Shown here piece after piece: positions 20,346-29,569 of a stretch of DNA of 64,000 nt (position 1 is the stretch's first letter; each line of letters begins with the position of its first letter). Origin of the DNA: an uncultured Acidobacteriota bacterium (GTDB lineage: Bacteria > Acidobacteriota > UBA6911 > RPQK01 > JAPXNP01); contig CAVZRV010000027.1 of NCBI GenBank assembly GCA_963777605.1, positions 512,001 to 576,000 of the forward strand. The letters are read 5' to 3'. The notes under the pieces were generated by a model. It did no database searches and had not been told where the DNA came from. It saw nothing but the letters and a program-made list of their open reading frames with translations. Both the position numbers and the translations under genes were made by a program.

Positions 20346-21689
20346 ATGGCCACTGAAGACAGGAAACCCGCGAGTTCGAGGCGCGAATTTCTGGGGACGT
20401 CAGGAAGGATCGCGGCGGCCGCTAGTATCCTTGGCGGAAGCTGGCCTGGAATCTACGCCGCCGAGAACAACACTATCAAGGTCGCCCTTGTCGGTTGCGG
20501 TGGTCGGGGCACCGGGGCGGCGGCAAACGCCCTTGCAACCGAGGGCCCGACGCGACTCGTTGCCATGGCCGACGTCTTCGAAAACCGGATTGGGATCAGC
20601 AGGAAGGCACTGTTTGACGAATTTCCCAACCAGATCGACGTCCCTCCCGATCGCCAATTCGTCGGATTTGAGGCCTACAAGTCGGCGATTGACTGCCTTG
20701 ACAAGGTGGATGTGGTCATTCTCGCTACGCCTCCCGCCTTTCGCCCACTCCATCTCGAATATGCCGTCAACAAAGGTTGCAATGTCTTCATGGAAAAGTC
20801 GTTCGCGGTTGACGGGCCTGGAATTCGACGGGTACTGGCCGCCGGCAAGAAAGCAGAGAGCAAGAACCTCAAGATAGCCGGGGGTTTGATGAGTCGTCAC
20901 TCCCCTCCCCTGGAACAGGCGGTCGAACAGATTCATCAGGGTGTGATTGGTGACGTTATCACCTGTTGGGCCTACCGCGAACACGAACCGGTTGGTTTTT
21001 CACAGCGCCCACCAGACGTTACTGAAATGGGCCACCAGGTTCGAAACTACAGTTGCTATACCTGGCTCAACGGCAGCTTCATCCTGGACTGGCTGATTCA
21101 CAATCTTGACGTCTGCTGCTGGGTCAAGGGCGCATGGCCGGTGTCCGCCCAGGGACAAGGCGGGCGGCAGGTCAGGACGGTCCCGGATCAACTGTTCGAT
21201 CACTATGCTGTCGAATACCGGTTCGAGGACGGAACCCGACTCTTCGCCCAGGGTCGGCACATGGAGAACTGCTGGGGCTTTTTCGGAGACAACATCCACG
21301 GAGCCAGCGGCTCTGCCGTTCTCGGCGAAGGGATCAAAGACCCGCGTCTTTATCGGGGACACGTCGGGGAGCCCAGCCGGCTAATTTGGGAATACAAGGG
21401 CCCCATGACTAATGCTTACCAGATCGAGCATGACCGGTTGTTTGCCGCAATCCGTGCCGATCGACCCTACAACGAAACCGAACGTTCTGCGTACGCCGCA
21501 TTGACCGGCATACTCGGCAGAATGGCCGCCGAATCTGGCAAGCAGGTCGGCTGGAAGGAAGCGATGGCATCGGACGTTGCCCTGGCGCCTGGAATTGAAC
21601 AGTTTACTATGGAGTCTGTACCCCCGGTCACCCCTGACGAAGAAGGGCGCTACCCTGTCGCGATGCCGGGAATATCCGCGGGTTTCTAG
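20346..21689 (+). CDS. Tat-exported Gfo/Idh/MocA oxidoreductase
   Basis: SRREFL Tat motif; VGCGGRGTGAA, ATPPAFRP, FMEK and DWLIHNLDV. Confidence 0.9.
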   Translation: MATEDRKPASSRREFLGTSGRIAAAASILGGSWPGIYAAENNTIKVALVGCGGRGTGAAANALATEGPTRLVAMADVFENRIGISRKALFDEFPNQIDVPPDRQFVGFEAYKSAIDCLDKVDVVILATPPAFRPLHLEYAVNKGCNVFMEKSFAVDGPGIRRVLAAGKKAESKNLKIAGGLMSRHSPPLEQAVEQIHQGVIGDVITCWAYREHEPVGFSQRPPDVTEMGHQVRNYSCYTWLNGSFILDWLIHNLDVCCWVKGAWPVSAQGQGGRQVRTVPDQLFDHYAVEYRFEDGTRLFAQGRHMENCWGFFGDNIHGASGSAVLGEGIKDPRLYRGHVGEPSRLIWEYKGPMTNAYQIEHDRLFAAIRADRPYNETERSAYAALTGILGRMAAESGKQVGWKEAMASDVALAPGIEQFTMESVPPVTPDEEGRYPVAMPGISAGF

Positions 21690-22673
21690 ATGCAAATCGG
21701 ATGGACACTGATGAATCTCGTCGCCCTCAAACGGCTGCCTGTACTCCTCCTCTCAACGCTTGTCTGCACATCGGCAACTGCGACTCTTTCCAACGATCCG
21801 AGCCTGCCGGCCCACTACACGGAGCAGGTCAAGGTATCCAGCACTGAAACCCTGTCCTTTGACATGGTTCTGATCCGTAGCGGGAGTTTTTCCATGGGCA
21901 GCCCGGATAGCGAAGCCGACCGCAAGGAGAACGAAGGCCCGGTCCGCCAGGTGTCCCTATCACCGTTTTACCTGGCCTCCAAGGAGACGACCATGGAGCT
22001 CTTCCTGGTCTTCTACCGTGAAACCGTGACCGCTGCGCGACCCGAAACCTACGGCTCGACTTCGGATGACGAAGTTGACGCCGTTTCGGGGCCAACTCCG
22101 GTTTACGGCGACATGACCATGGGACGAAATACGCGCCATCCTGCCATCGGGATGACGTGGAAGAACGCCGTTCGGTTCTGCCGATGGCTAAGCGAAAAGA
22201 CGGGTAAGAACTATCGTCTGCCGACTGAGGCCGAATGGGAGTACGCGTGCCGCGCCGGCACCTCCTCGAGTTACGGCCCGGCCGGTGACTCACCTGGGCT
22301 CGTGAAAACCGCCTGGTTCACCCAGAATTCTCAGGGAAGGCCTCACGAGGTTGGTTCCAGGGAACCCAATCCGTGGGGACTCTTCGACATGCAGGGCAAT
22401 GTGAGAGAGTGGGTTCAAGACAGCTACAGCGCCGATGCCTATTCCGAGACTCCTGCGGGCGGGCAGTGGAAGGACCCGAAAGGCCCGGAAGGCGGCCGCG
22501 TGCATGTTGCCCGCGGCGGTGATTACCGGAGCCTGGCGCCGGCTCTTCGCTGTGCGGCCAGAGACTACGAACAGCGCTGGTGGCGCTCGGGAGACCCCCA
22601 GATGCCAAAGAGTCGCTGGTGGTTGCCCAACATGGACATCATCGGATTCCGAGTCGCTCGCTCCGTGGACTAG
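21690..22673 (+). CDS. FGE-sulfatase (SUMF1-like) domain protein, non-catalytic type
   Basis: FSMGS, RLPTEAEWEYACRAG, PNPWGLFDMQGNVREW, RGG and IGFRVAR; lacks the CxxxxC catalytic pair. Confidence 0.88.
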   Translation: MQIGWTLMNLVALKRLPVLLLSTLVCTSATATLSNDPSLPAHYTEQVKVSSTETLSFDMVLIRSGSFSMGSPDSEADRKENEGPVRQVSLSPFYLASKETTMELFLVFYRETVTAARPETYGSTSDDEVDAVSGPTPVYGDMTMGRNTRHPAIGMTWKNAVRFCRWLSEKTGKNYRLPTEAEWEYACRAGTSSSYGPAGDSPGLVKTAWFTQNSQGRPHEVGSREPNPWGLFDMQGNVREWVQDSYSADAYSETPAGGQWKDPKGPEGGRVHVARGGDYRSLAPALRCAARDYEQRWWRSGDPQMPKSRWWLPNMDIIGFRVARSVD

Positions 22674-22790
22674 ACCACGATCCTGTGCTGCGAGTCTCCA
22701 CGGAAGGAGCAGTGTCCCTGGCTATCCCTTGCGTGGAGCTTCGGCCTGCCTCAGAATCAGATTCTGGCACACTGCGAAAGGGAAAAGCTG

Positions 22791-23711
22791 ATGAAACCGC
22801 ATGTCATATTTTTGGGGTTTATTGTCCTGGTTCTCGCTCTTGGTGGAGCGTTGGCGGCCCAATCTGGCCCTGGCGTACTCCCTGCCGCCTGCAATACCGG
22901 CCAGGTGTTAGAAGGGCTCTCACTCGAAAGTACCCTCCTGGGAAGAGGGGTCAACTACGCCGTCTACCTGCCCCCCGACTATAAGTGTTCAACGCGTCGC
23001 TACCCGGTAGTGTACCTGCTTCACGGGTACACGGACGACGAATCGGGTTGGATCCAGTTTGGCGAGGTTAACGTGGCGGCTGACGACGGAATCCGCGCCG
23101 GAGAAGTGCCGGCGATGATCATCGTCATGCCGGATGGAGGAGTAACCTGGTACGTCAATGACTATTCCGGCAAAGTTCCCTACGAGGACATGCTGCTCAA
23201 AGAACTAATCCCCGAGATCGACCGGAAGTACAGGACCCGGCCGAAACGGGAGTTTCGGGCTGTGTCGGGACTCTCGATGGGGGGCTATGGATCCCTGATG
23301 CTGGCGATGCGACACCCCGATGTGTTCGCTTCCTGCGTCGCATTCAGCGCCGGAATAATCCCTGATGAAGACGTTGTCGCCATGGCTGATGCTCGATGGA
23401 ACGCTGTCTTCGGCGCACCGTTCGGCCCCGGTCTCAAGGGTTCTGCACGGCTCACCGGACACTACCAGTCGTTCAACCCTCTCCATCTGGCCAAGACGGT
23501 TTCGGCCGACGAACTCAAGAAAGTTCGCTGGTACATAGACTGCGGCGACGATGACCATCTTTCGAAGGGGAACGGCCTGCTCCACATTGAACTCCAGGAA
23601 CGGGAGATTCCCCACGAGTATCGCGTCCGGGACGGGCGACACTCATGGGTCTACTGGAGAACCGGAATCCGGACCGGACTCCGGTTCATCGGAGAAGGAT
23701 TCCACCGCTAG
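22791..23711 (+). CDS. Secreted esterase (alpha/beta hydrolase, CE1-like)
   Basis: YPVVYLLHG, GLSMGG, DCGDDD and GRHSW. Confidence 0.88.
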   Translation: MKPHVIFLGFIVLVLALGGALAAQSGPGVLPAACNTGQVLEGLSLESTLLGRGVNYAVYLPPDYKCSTRRYPVVYLLHGYTDDESGWIQFGEVNVAADDGIRAGEVPAMIIVMPDGGVTWYVNDYSGKVPYEDMLLKELIPEIDRKYRTRPKREFRAVSGLSMGGYGSLMLAMRHPDVFASCVAFSAGIIPDEDVVAMADARWNAVFGAPFGPGLKGSARLTGHYQSFNPLHLAKTVSADELKKVRWYIDCGDDDHLSKGNGLLHIELQEREIPHEYRVRDGRHSWVYWRTGIRTGLRFIGEGFHR

Positions 23712-24919
23712 CCCAACTGGTCCATCGTAACGACGGGTACGTCCTTGGCGGACGGTTTCTTGAGGGGCAGGAGTGAGCTCTTGTCGAACTGGTATCCCAC
23801 CGAGTCGGCCAGTGGCCAGACCATCGGCGCAAGGCAGAGAACGGCTGCCTTGAAGCCCTGGATCGTGGCCCCGAGGTTGCCGGTGTGTGCCGAATTGTCG
23901 GCCTCGTTCTCGATCACGAATGGACCGTTGAAGCCCCTGCTCATCAAGGTTGCCAGGAACTCTCTCCAGTCCATGCTGTCGTTGCCGCCAAAACCGGGAA
24001 GCATAGGCTCATAATGGTGCCGGTCCCACTCATGGGCCGGAATGGGAACCCCGGCCTTCTCGGCGAGGCTCCGGTCAACACTCTGCATCGGGTAAAGGGC
24101 TCCCCAGTGGATCCTCCCGGGATTATCGAGATTCCGGGTTCCCTTGACGTGAACCCGGTGGATCCGGGACATGTCACTGGCATTGATAACATCCACGGGA
24201 TCGATATTCTGCCATACGTCGTGGGAGGGATCGTAGGTTTCTCCGTGTGCACGGCTGGGAATCAGCGTGTACATCAACTTCCGTGCCGCCAGGGTTGCGG
24301 GAAGGTTGTTGTACGTCGTCGGTGAGGAAGCGGGCCGCCATCCTTCCATCGGACAGTTCTCGTAGATGATCGTAACGCCAAGATCCTCGGCATACTTGAC
24401 TATTCGAGAGAACACCCGCACATACTCATCCAGGTTGCGCTGGAACCCGCCGTCCTGACACCCCAACTCGGCGTCATATCCAACGAACGTGCCCACCTTG
24501 ACGTCGTTTTCATCTCCCCCGAGCAGATGCGCGATCCGGATCAGGCGCAGGATGTGATTCTGGTTTCGCGGCCGTTCGGCTGGATCGCCGCCAATGAGAT
24601 TGTCATAGGCTCCGACGGAGAACCGGAGATCCTTCCGGTTACAGAGTTCGAGGACCCGCCTGGCGTCGTCCGGACCGAATTCCTCGTAGTCCAGATGCGT
24701 CGCGACGTGGTCTTTGCGGGTTCCATCCCTGCGGAATACGCAAATTTCCATGCCCTGCGCATTGATCTCCCCGGTCCTCGCGATGATCTCTTCGAGCGAC
24801 AACGACTTAAATGCAGAGGTCATGACCCAAATTGGATTGTTCACGGCGCTGATCCTTTTCTTTTGATCCGGTTCCGGCTTCGATTTCCCTGACGCAAACC
24901 AGTTTACCCATCGGAACAC
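23708..24919 (-). CDS. Sugar phosphate isomerase/epimerase (AP endonuclease 2 TIM barrel)
   Basis: YENCPMEGW, YDPSH, RVHVK, LPGFG and VIENE metal motifs. Confidence 0.85.
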   Translation of the reverse strand: MFRWVNWFASGKSKPEPDQKKRISAVNNPIWVMTSAFKSLSLEEIIARTGEINAQGMEICVFRRDGTRKDHVATHLDYEEFGPDDARRVLELCNRKDLRFSVGAYDNLIGGDPAERPRNQNHILRLIRIAHLLGGDENDVKVGTFVGYDAELGCQDGGFQRNLDEYVRVFSRIVKYAEDLGVTIIYENCPMEGWRPASSPTTYNNLPATLAARKLMYTLIPSRAHGETYDPSHDVWQNIDPVDVINASDMSRIHRVHVKGTRNLDNPGRIHWGALYPMQSVDRSLAEKAGVPIPAHEWDRHHYEPMLPGFGGNDSMDWREFLATLMSRGFNGPFVIENEADNSAHTGNLGATIQGFKAAVLCLAPMVWPLADSVGYQFDKSSLLPLKKPSAKDVPVVTMDQLG

Positions 24920-25028
24920 AGCAAATCCATGGATGGAGCGTTTCTCGACTACTAAACTGAAATGCTAAGGTCGAGCGCAAGAAGCTCAACTAGAGTTATC
25001 CTGTCGATTTACTATACAATGATCAGCG

Positions 25029-25802
25029 ATGCCTATCTCAAACCAGAGCTGCACATCAGACCGCAACGCCGGCCACCGGCTCGAAACCCTTTTCGAGCAG
25101 GCAGAAGAGCTGACTGCATCAGACCTGGTCCGGGAGTCTGCAAAGTGTTTTGGAGATGGACTGGTCATGACGACCAGCTTTGGAGCCCAGTCAGCGGTGA
25201 TGCTTCATATGGTGACCTGCGTCGTTCCGGAAATTCCGGTGATCTGGATCGACACCGGCTACCTCTTCCCCGAGACCTACCGCTTTGCCGACGAACTGAC
25301 GAACCGGCTCGAGCTCAACCTCCACGTCTTCCAGTCTCCGGTCAGCCCGGCCCGGATGGAAGCCCTCCACGGCAAGCTTTGGCAATCGGACGAACCGGAA
25401 GTCCTCGACCACTACGACCAACTCCGCAAAGTCGAGCCGATGCATCGGGCGATTCGTGATTTCGGGGTTCGCGGCTGGCTGGCCGGACTAAGGAGAGATC
25501 AGACCGAGTTCCGGCGGTCACTGCCCCGGGTCCAGACTCAGCGCGACTTCCACAAGATCTTTCCTATCCTCAACTGGAGCAACCGCGACCTGCACGCATA
25601 CCTTGTCGAACACGACCTGCCCTATCATCCACTCTTCGACCGGGGCTACGTGTCAATCGGGGACTGGCACGCCTCGGAGCCCCTCACCTCCGAACACGTC
25701 AGTGAGCGCGACACGCGGTACCGCGGGATCAAACAGGAATGCGGGCTCCATCTCGAACTATCCGACGAGGCAGACGAGAGCCTGCGGTCGAGTCGTCTCT
25801 GA
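25029..25802 (+). CDS. cysH: Phosphoadenylyl-sulfate (PAPS) reductase, thioredoxin-dependent
   Basis: TTSFG, IDTGYLFPETY, RKVEP, GLRRDQ, GYVSIGDWH and KQECGLH; no Fe-S Cys motifs. Confidence 0.93.
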   Translation: MPISNQSCTSDRNAGHRLETLFEQAEELTASDLVRESAKCFGDGLVMTTSFGAQSAVMLHMVTCVVPEIPVIWIDTGYLFPETYRFADELTNRLELNLHVFQSPVSPARMEALHGKLWQSDEPEVLDHYDQLRKVEPMHRAIRDFGVRGWLAGLRRDQTEFRRSLPRVQTQRDFHKIFPILNWSNRDLHAYLVEHDLPYHPLFDRGYVSIGDWHASEPLTSEHVSERDTRYRGIKQECGLHLELSDEADESLRSSRL

Positions 25803-25811
25803 TCGAGAAAT

Positions 25812-26229
25812 TCAATCACTCCCGCAGAACGATTCGGCGCCGCCTCTCGTGCCGGACCGCAATGCAACAAGGACGGCTCCCAACATCGCCGGCGTCCCCC
25901 GCAGCCGCCAGCCAGATTGAGAGAGGGACCCCGAGAAACACCCCAAAAGTTACCAGGAAGACTACGGCGGAAGCTTTTGAGATCAAGAGTACCAGGATGA
26001 ACTGGGGCATTCGCAGCGACGCGAAATAACAGCCGCTGAGGATCATCAGAAACAGGCCCGTTTGAGCTGGAAAAAAGGGCGGTCTTTGCTGTTCAAATCC
26101 GCACGCGGGCAGCATCGAATTCGGAACGAAGAGCATCAGACACCCCAAAATAAGACTGTGTGTCGCGATCAGGAGGATCAGCCAGCGGGCGGGCCCAGTC
26201 AAGCGGATTCGGTCCAGGCTCAGCTTCAC
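25812..26229 (-). CDS. Small 4-TM membrane protein, coupled to the upstream FHA-GAF-AAA+-FeS gene (frameshift near the 3' end)
   Basis: GTG at 26229 overlaps the upstream TGA (GTGA). Hydrophobic helices with FFPAQTGLFL and SKASAVVFL. Removing one base at about 25890 restores DAAMLGAVLVAL, ending at TGA 25812. Confidence 0.6.
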
Positions 26230-29200
26230 CTCGGCACCACCAGCAGGACGATCAGAAGAGCCCAATAGCCGGCAGCGCCCAAAGCACTGATTCGATGACC
26301 TGCCGGCCAGACACCCGACTTGGACGGCCTGCAGCCTGCCTTCAGTTTCCAGAGCGTTACCAGCGTCAAGGCCAGTCCCAGGCTCAAGATCGCCACCTGA
26401 AGCAGCGAAAGCATCGGCAGCGAGATCCAGGATACCGAGGCTTCTCGACCGCCAAACTCAAGGGATGCGCGCAACCATTCCAGTCCAGGAATCGCTCCCA
26501 GGTGGTACGCAATCAAGCCGCAGGTCAAAAGAGGCACGAACGCCCTGATCCTCCGAACGAACTGGTCAGGGTAACCGCCGGAGAAAGAAGCTCCTTCGGA
26601 AGCTCGCTCCCGAAGGGTCAGAAGAAGCACCGGAACGAATGCCGTCACAATCATCACCAGAGTCACCAGCAACGCCCGATGACCCTCGAGTTCGGCCGAC
26701 AATATCCCGGAAGGGCCCTGATCCAGATACTGGATCAGACTCATCCCGGCCAGCAGGCCCAACAGAAGAACAACCAGCTTTCCGATTTCCGGTTGAACCT
26801 GCCCGGTCGACCAGAGTTCGCGGCCGGGCATCCTCAGGCTTAATTGGGGGGACGAATTGGGGCAGTTCTGCACGCAGTTCATGCAAAGTACGCAGTGGCG
26901 ATTCGAATCCACAAACATCAGGTGGTTGAACAGGGGACAACCGGGCACCTTGTCAGTTCCCTTGAAGCAATCATGCCCCTCGCATTTCGCCGCACAGACG
27001 TCGAATGTCGGCCGCAGTTGCACCATGGATGATGAGGCGCAAACCCCGGCCAAACCGCCCAACGGACAGGCGTAGCGGCACCAGGCTCGCCGTGGGAACA
27101 GCAACCCGAAGGCAACCGCGCCGGCCAGAATCGCCAGGAGCAGGAGGCCAGTCGCGATCGGAGAATCGCGCATCCTGGTCGTCTCTTCGACCCAGACAAT
27201 GGCGCTGAAGCCTCCCATGACCATGAAAGTGTCGTTCCGCTTCAGCCAGCCAGGGATTTTCAGCTTCCGCTTCCACAGGGGTTGCACCAGAGTGCTGGCC
27301 TGCCCCATGGGACACGCCGCGCACCAGATTCTGCCGGCGGCCAGGAAAGAGACAGCCAAAAATGGCCACCAAACGGACCAGACCAGGATCGTTCCAAGGT
27401 TCGTCTCTTCGAACGAGGGCCCGAAAAAGCATTCAAAAAGGATAAGAACGATAACTACCGCTGCTGCTGTCTGAAGAACCCGGGGAAGGATTCGCACGCC
27501 GAAACCGACGATGGGCTTGGGAAGGTTCAGCCAATTGTATCCTTGAGGAGCGGTAGGCGGAGGCCCGAGGAAGATGGCCTCACTGTGAATCATGTCGTTT
27601 TCCGTGAGGATCACGGCTCTCCTGATCGCATCCTCCAGTTCGCGAACGTTTCCAACGTGGTAGTCGTAAGAGACAAGTTTCGTGACCGCATCATCCGTGA
27701 TGGCCCGAACCGGTTTACCCAGACGCTCGCTGTACTTCCTGAGAAAGTACGCGGCCAAATCGGGGATATCTTTCTTTCGTTCACGAAGAGGCGCAATCGG
27801 GAGGACATTCTCGCGCAGGATCTGAGCCAGCTCCCCCATGATTCGGCCCGCCGCGGTCAACTCCTCGAAGTCTCCCCGACAAGCCACCATGACTCTCACA
27901 TCGCGAAAGGCCGCCTTCCCCTGCTGACTCTGGTTCAGAAACCCGGCCAGACGCTCCTGAATTGAGAGGGGCAGGTTCTCAATGTTTCTGAGCAGTATGC
28001 TGCCTCCCTGGCAGAGTTCCAGGTAGCAGAATGGCCCGGTCGGGGCATCCTCATAGCCATCACGGTGGTGGATGCCAAAGAGCTTGTCCCCCCAGTCGTT
28101 TTCCGAAATCTCCGAGCAATCCACACTGAAGAAGACAGCGGCCTTTCGTTCGCTCCCCAGGTGAATGAGCCGGGCCGCCAGTTCCTTGCCGGTCCCGGTT
28201 TCACCCTGAAGAAGGAGTGGTTCAGATGATCCGGCCTGCTCCTGGATCTTCCGTCCCAATTTCTTGACCACGGGGCTTTTCCCGACCAATTCGTCCGGCA
28301 CTTCGGACTGCTGGGTCTCCAGGAACTGGGCCACTCGCTCCAGTCGCTGCCGAATGATTCCTTCTGCCCTGAGTTTTTCGGTCAGTTGCCATCGCTGCAC
28401 GGCCGTGGCGACGAGGTTGGCAAGGGACGAGAAAAAGACCAGGTCTTCTGAGCCGCTCTTCTCCCACCGGCCGGAATGGATATGCGCGTCAGCATAGAAC
28501 ACTCCGACTACCTTATCCTCGTTCCACAAGGGAACTGCCATTGCACTCCGAATTCCCTTGAAGAAAAGACTCTCCGCCCCTCCGAAACGCTGATCACTCT
28601 GGGCATCCGCAGTCTGAATCGCCAGCCGTTCCTCGAATGCCTTCTGGCAGATGCTCCGGCTGATCCAATCGCCACCTTCAGCATCTACCGGCTGAATTCC
28701 CTTTTCTCGCAGAGCTGAGTTGAGCAGGGTCAATTCGCCGTCTCCCTCAACATCAACCAGCAGAGCAAGGCGCTCCACGTCACGAAGGTACCGAAACACA
28801 ACTTCGCGGGCGCGGTCAAAGATCGCTTCGATGGAGACCGCCAAATTCAGTCCTTTGGCGATTTCCACCAGATCCCGGAGTCTCCCGACAGTCGGGCTTT
28901 GAAGATCAGTCGACACGACGCCTCTGGCGGCCCAGCTCTTGCTCAAGTCGACGATGCTTCTCATGATCGTCTGAGGCGCACCGCTGGGCAGGATTATGGA
29001 ATCGGGCAATTGAATCTCTATGGAGAACACTTCCAAGAACCAGTACTCCGCCGTGAGTCATCGCCGCCGGTTCCTTAACCCGAGACCCGTTCAGATATGT
29101 CCCGTTCGTGCTCTGCAGGTCCTCAACCAGCCACTCACCGGCGCCATCCTTTAACAGTCGTGCGTGAATTCGGGAAACTCCCGTAAATGGAAGGACAAGG

Positions 29201-29319
29201 TCACACGAAGGCGAGCGCCCGAGTGTGAAGGGCGCCTGCTCGACGGCGGTGGCAGCCCTCGAACCATCGTGATCCCGGTACTGAAGAACGAGCCTGGAGG
29301 AAAATTGCTCCGTGTCCAT
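26226..29319 (-). CDS. FHA-GAF-sigma54-type AAA+ (degenerate)-membrane 4Fe-4S (NapH/CcoG-like) fusion protein; one frameshift at about 29030
   Basis: FHA (LGRSPSCD..VSRIHA..DLQSTNGTYLN) is in ORF 28906..29340. ORF 26226..29036 has GAF (IRSAMAVPL), Walker A GETGTGKE, GNVREL, TM helices, GRIWCAACPMG, RRAWCRYACPLGG and CVLCMNCVQNCP. Confidence 0.85.
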
Positions 29320-29418
29320 ACCTGGCCCACCCAAAACCAAGCTTGCAGACTACATCACTGAGAACCCCTGCGGTCTCGTATATTGCATCCTTTATACAGG
29401 ATCGAATCCCAGTTGTCA

Positions 29419-29434
29419 TTGACTTCTGCGTCAA
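29419..29434. promoter_or_regulatory. Palindrome in the divergent promoter region
   Basis: TTGAC-TTCTGC-GTCAA, a perfect 5-bp inverted repeat with a 6-bp spacer, between the FHA gene and the kinase. Confidence 0.35.
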
Positions 29435-29569
29435 GTCCCTTTCACCTTGACCCTGCCGGTACCAGCCCATAGAATTCGACTCAAGCTCCACTCATTCCGC
29501 ATCTTGCGGGATTTTCAGTCGGATGCGAAGCACCAGGGTTCCGGGCATCAGATCCCCGGCGAGGCACAG

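Noticed and set aside
21690-22673. FGE-sulfatase/CLec-fold gene as a possible DGR target
   Set aside because: There is no reverse transcriptase in the window, and I found no second copy of the 3' region (template repeat).
21690-22673. FGE as the maturase for the sulfatase at 37.5-39 kb
   Set aside because: It lacks the catalytic CxxxxC after RGG and lies about 15 kb away.
26226-28300. Canonical sigma54 enhancer-binding activator
   Set aside because: No GAFTGA, a degenerate Walker B and no C-terminal HTH.
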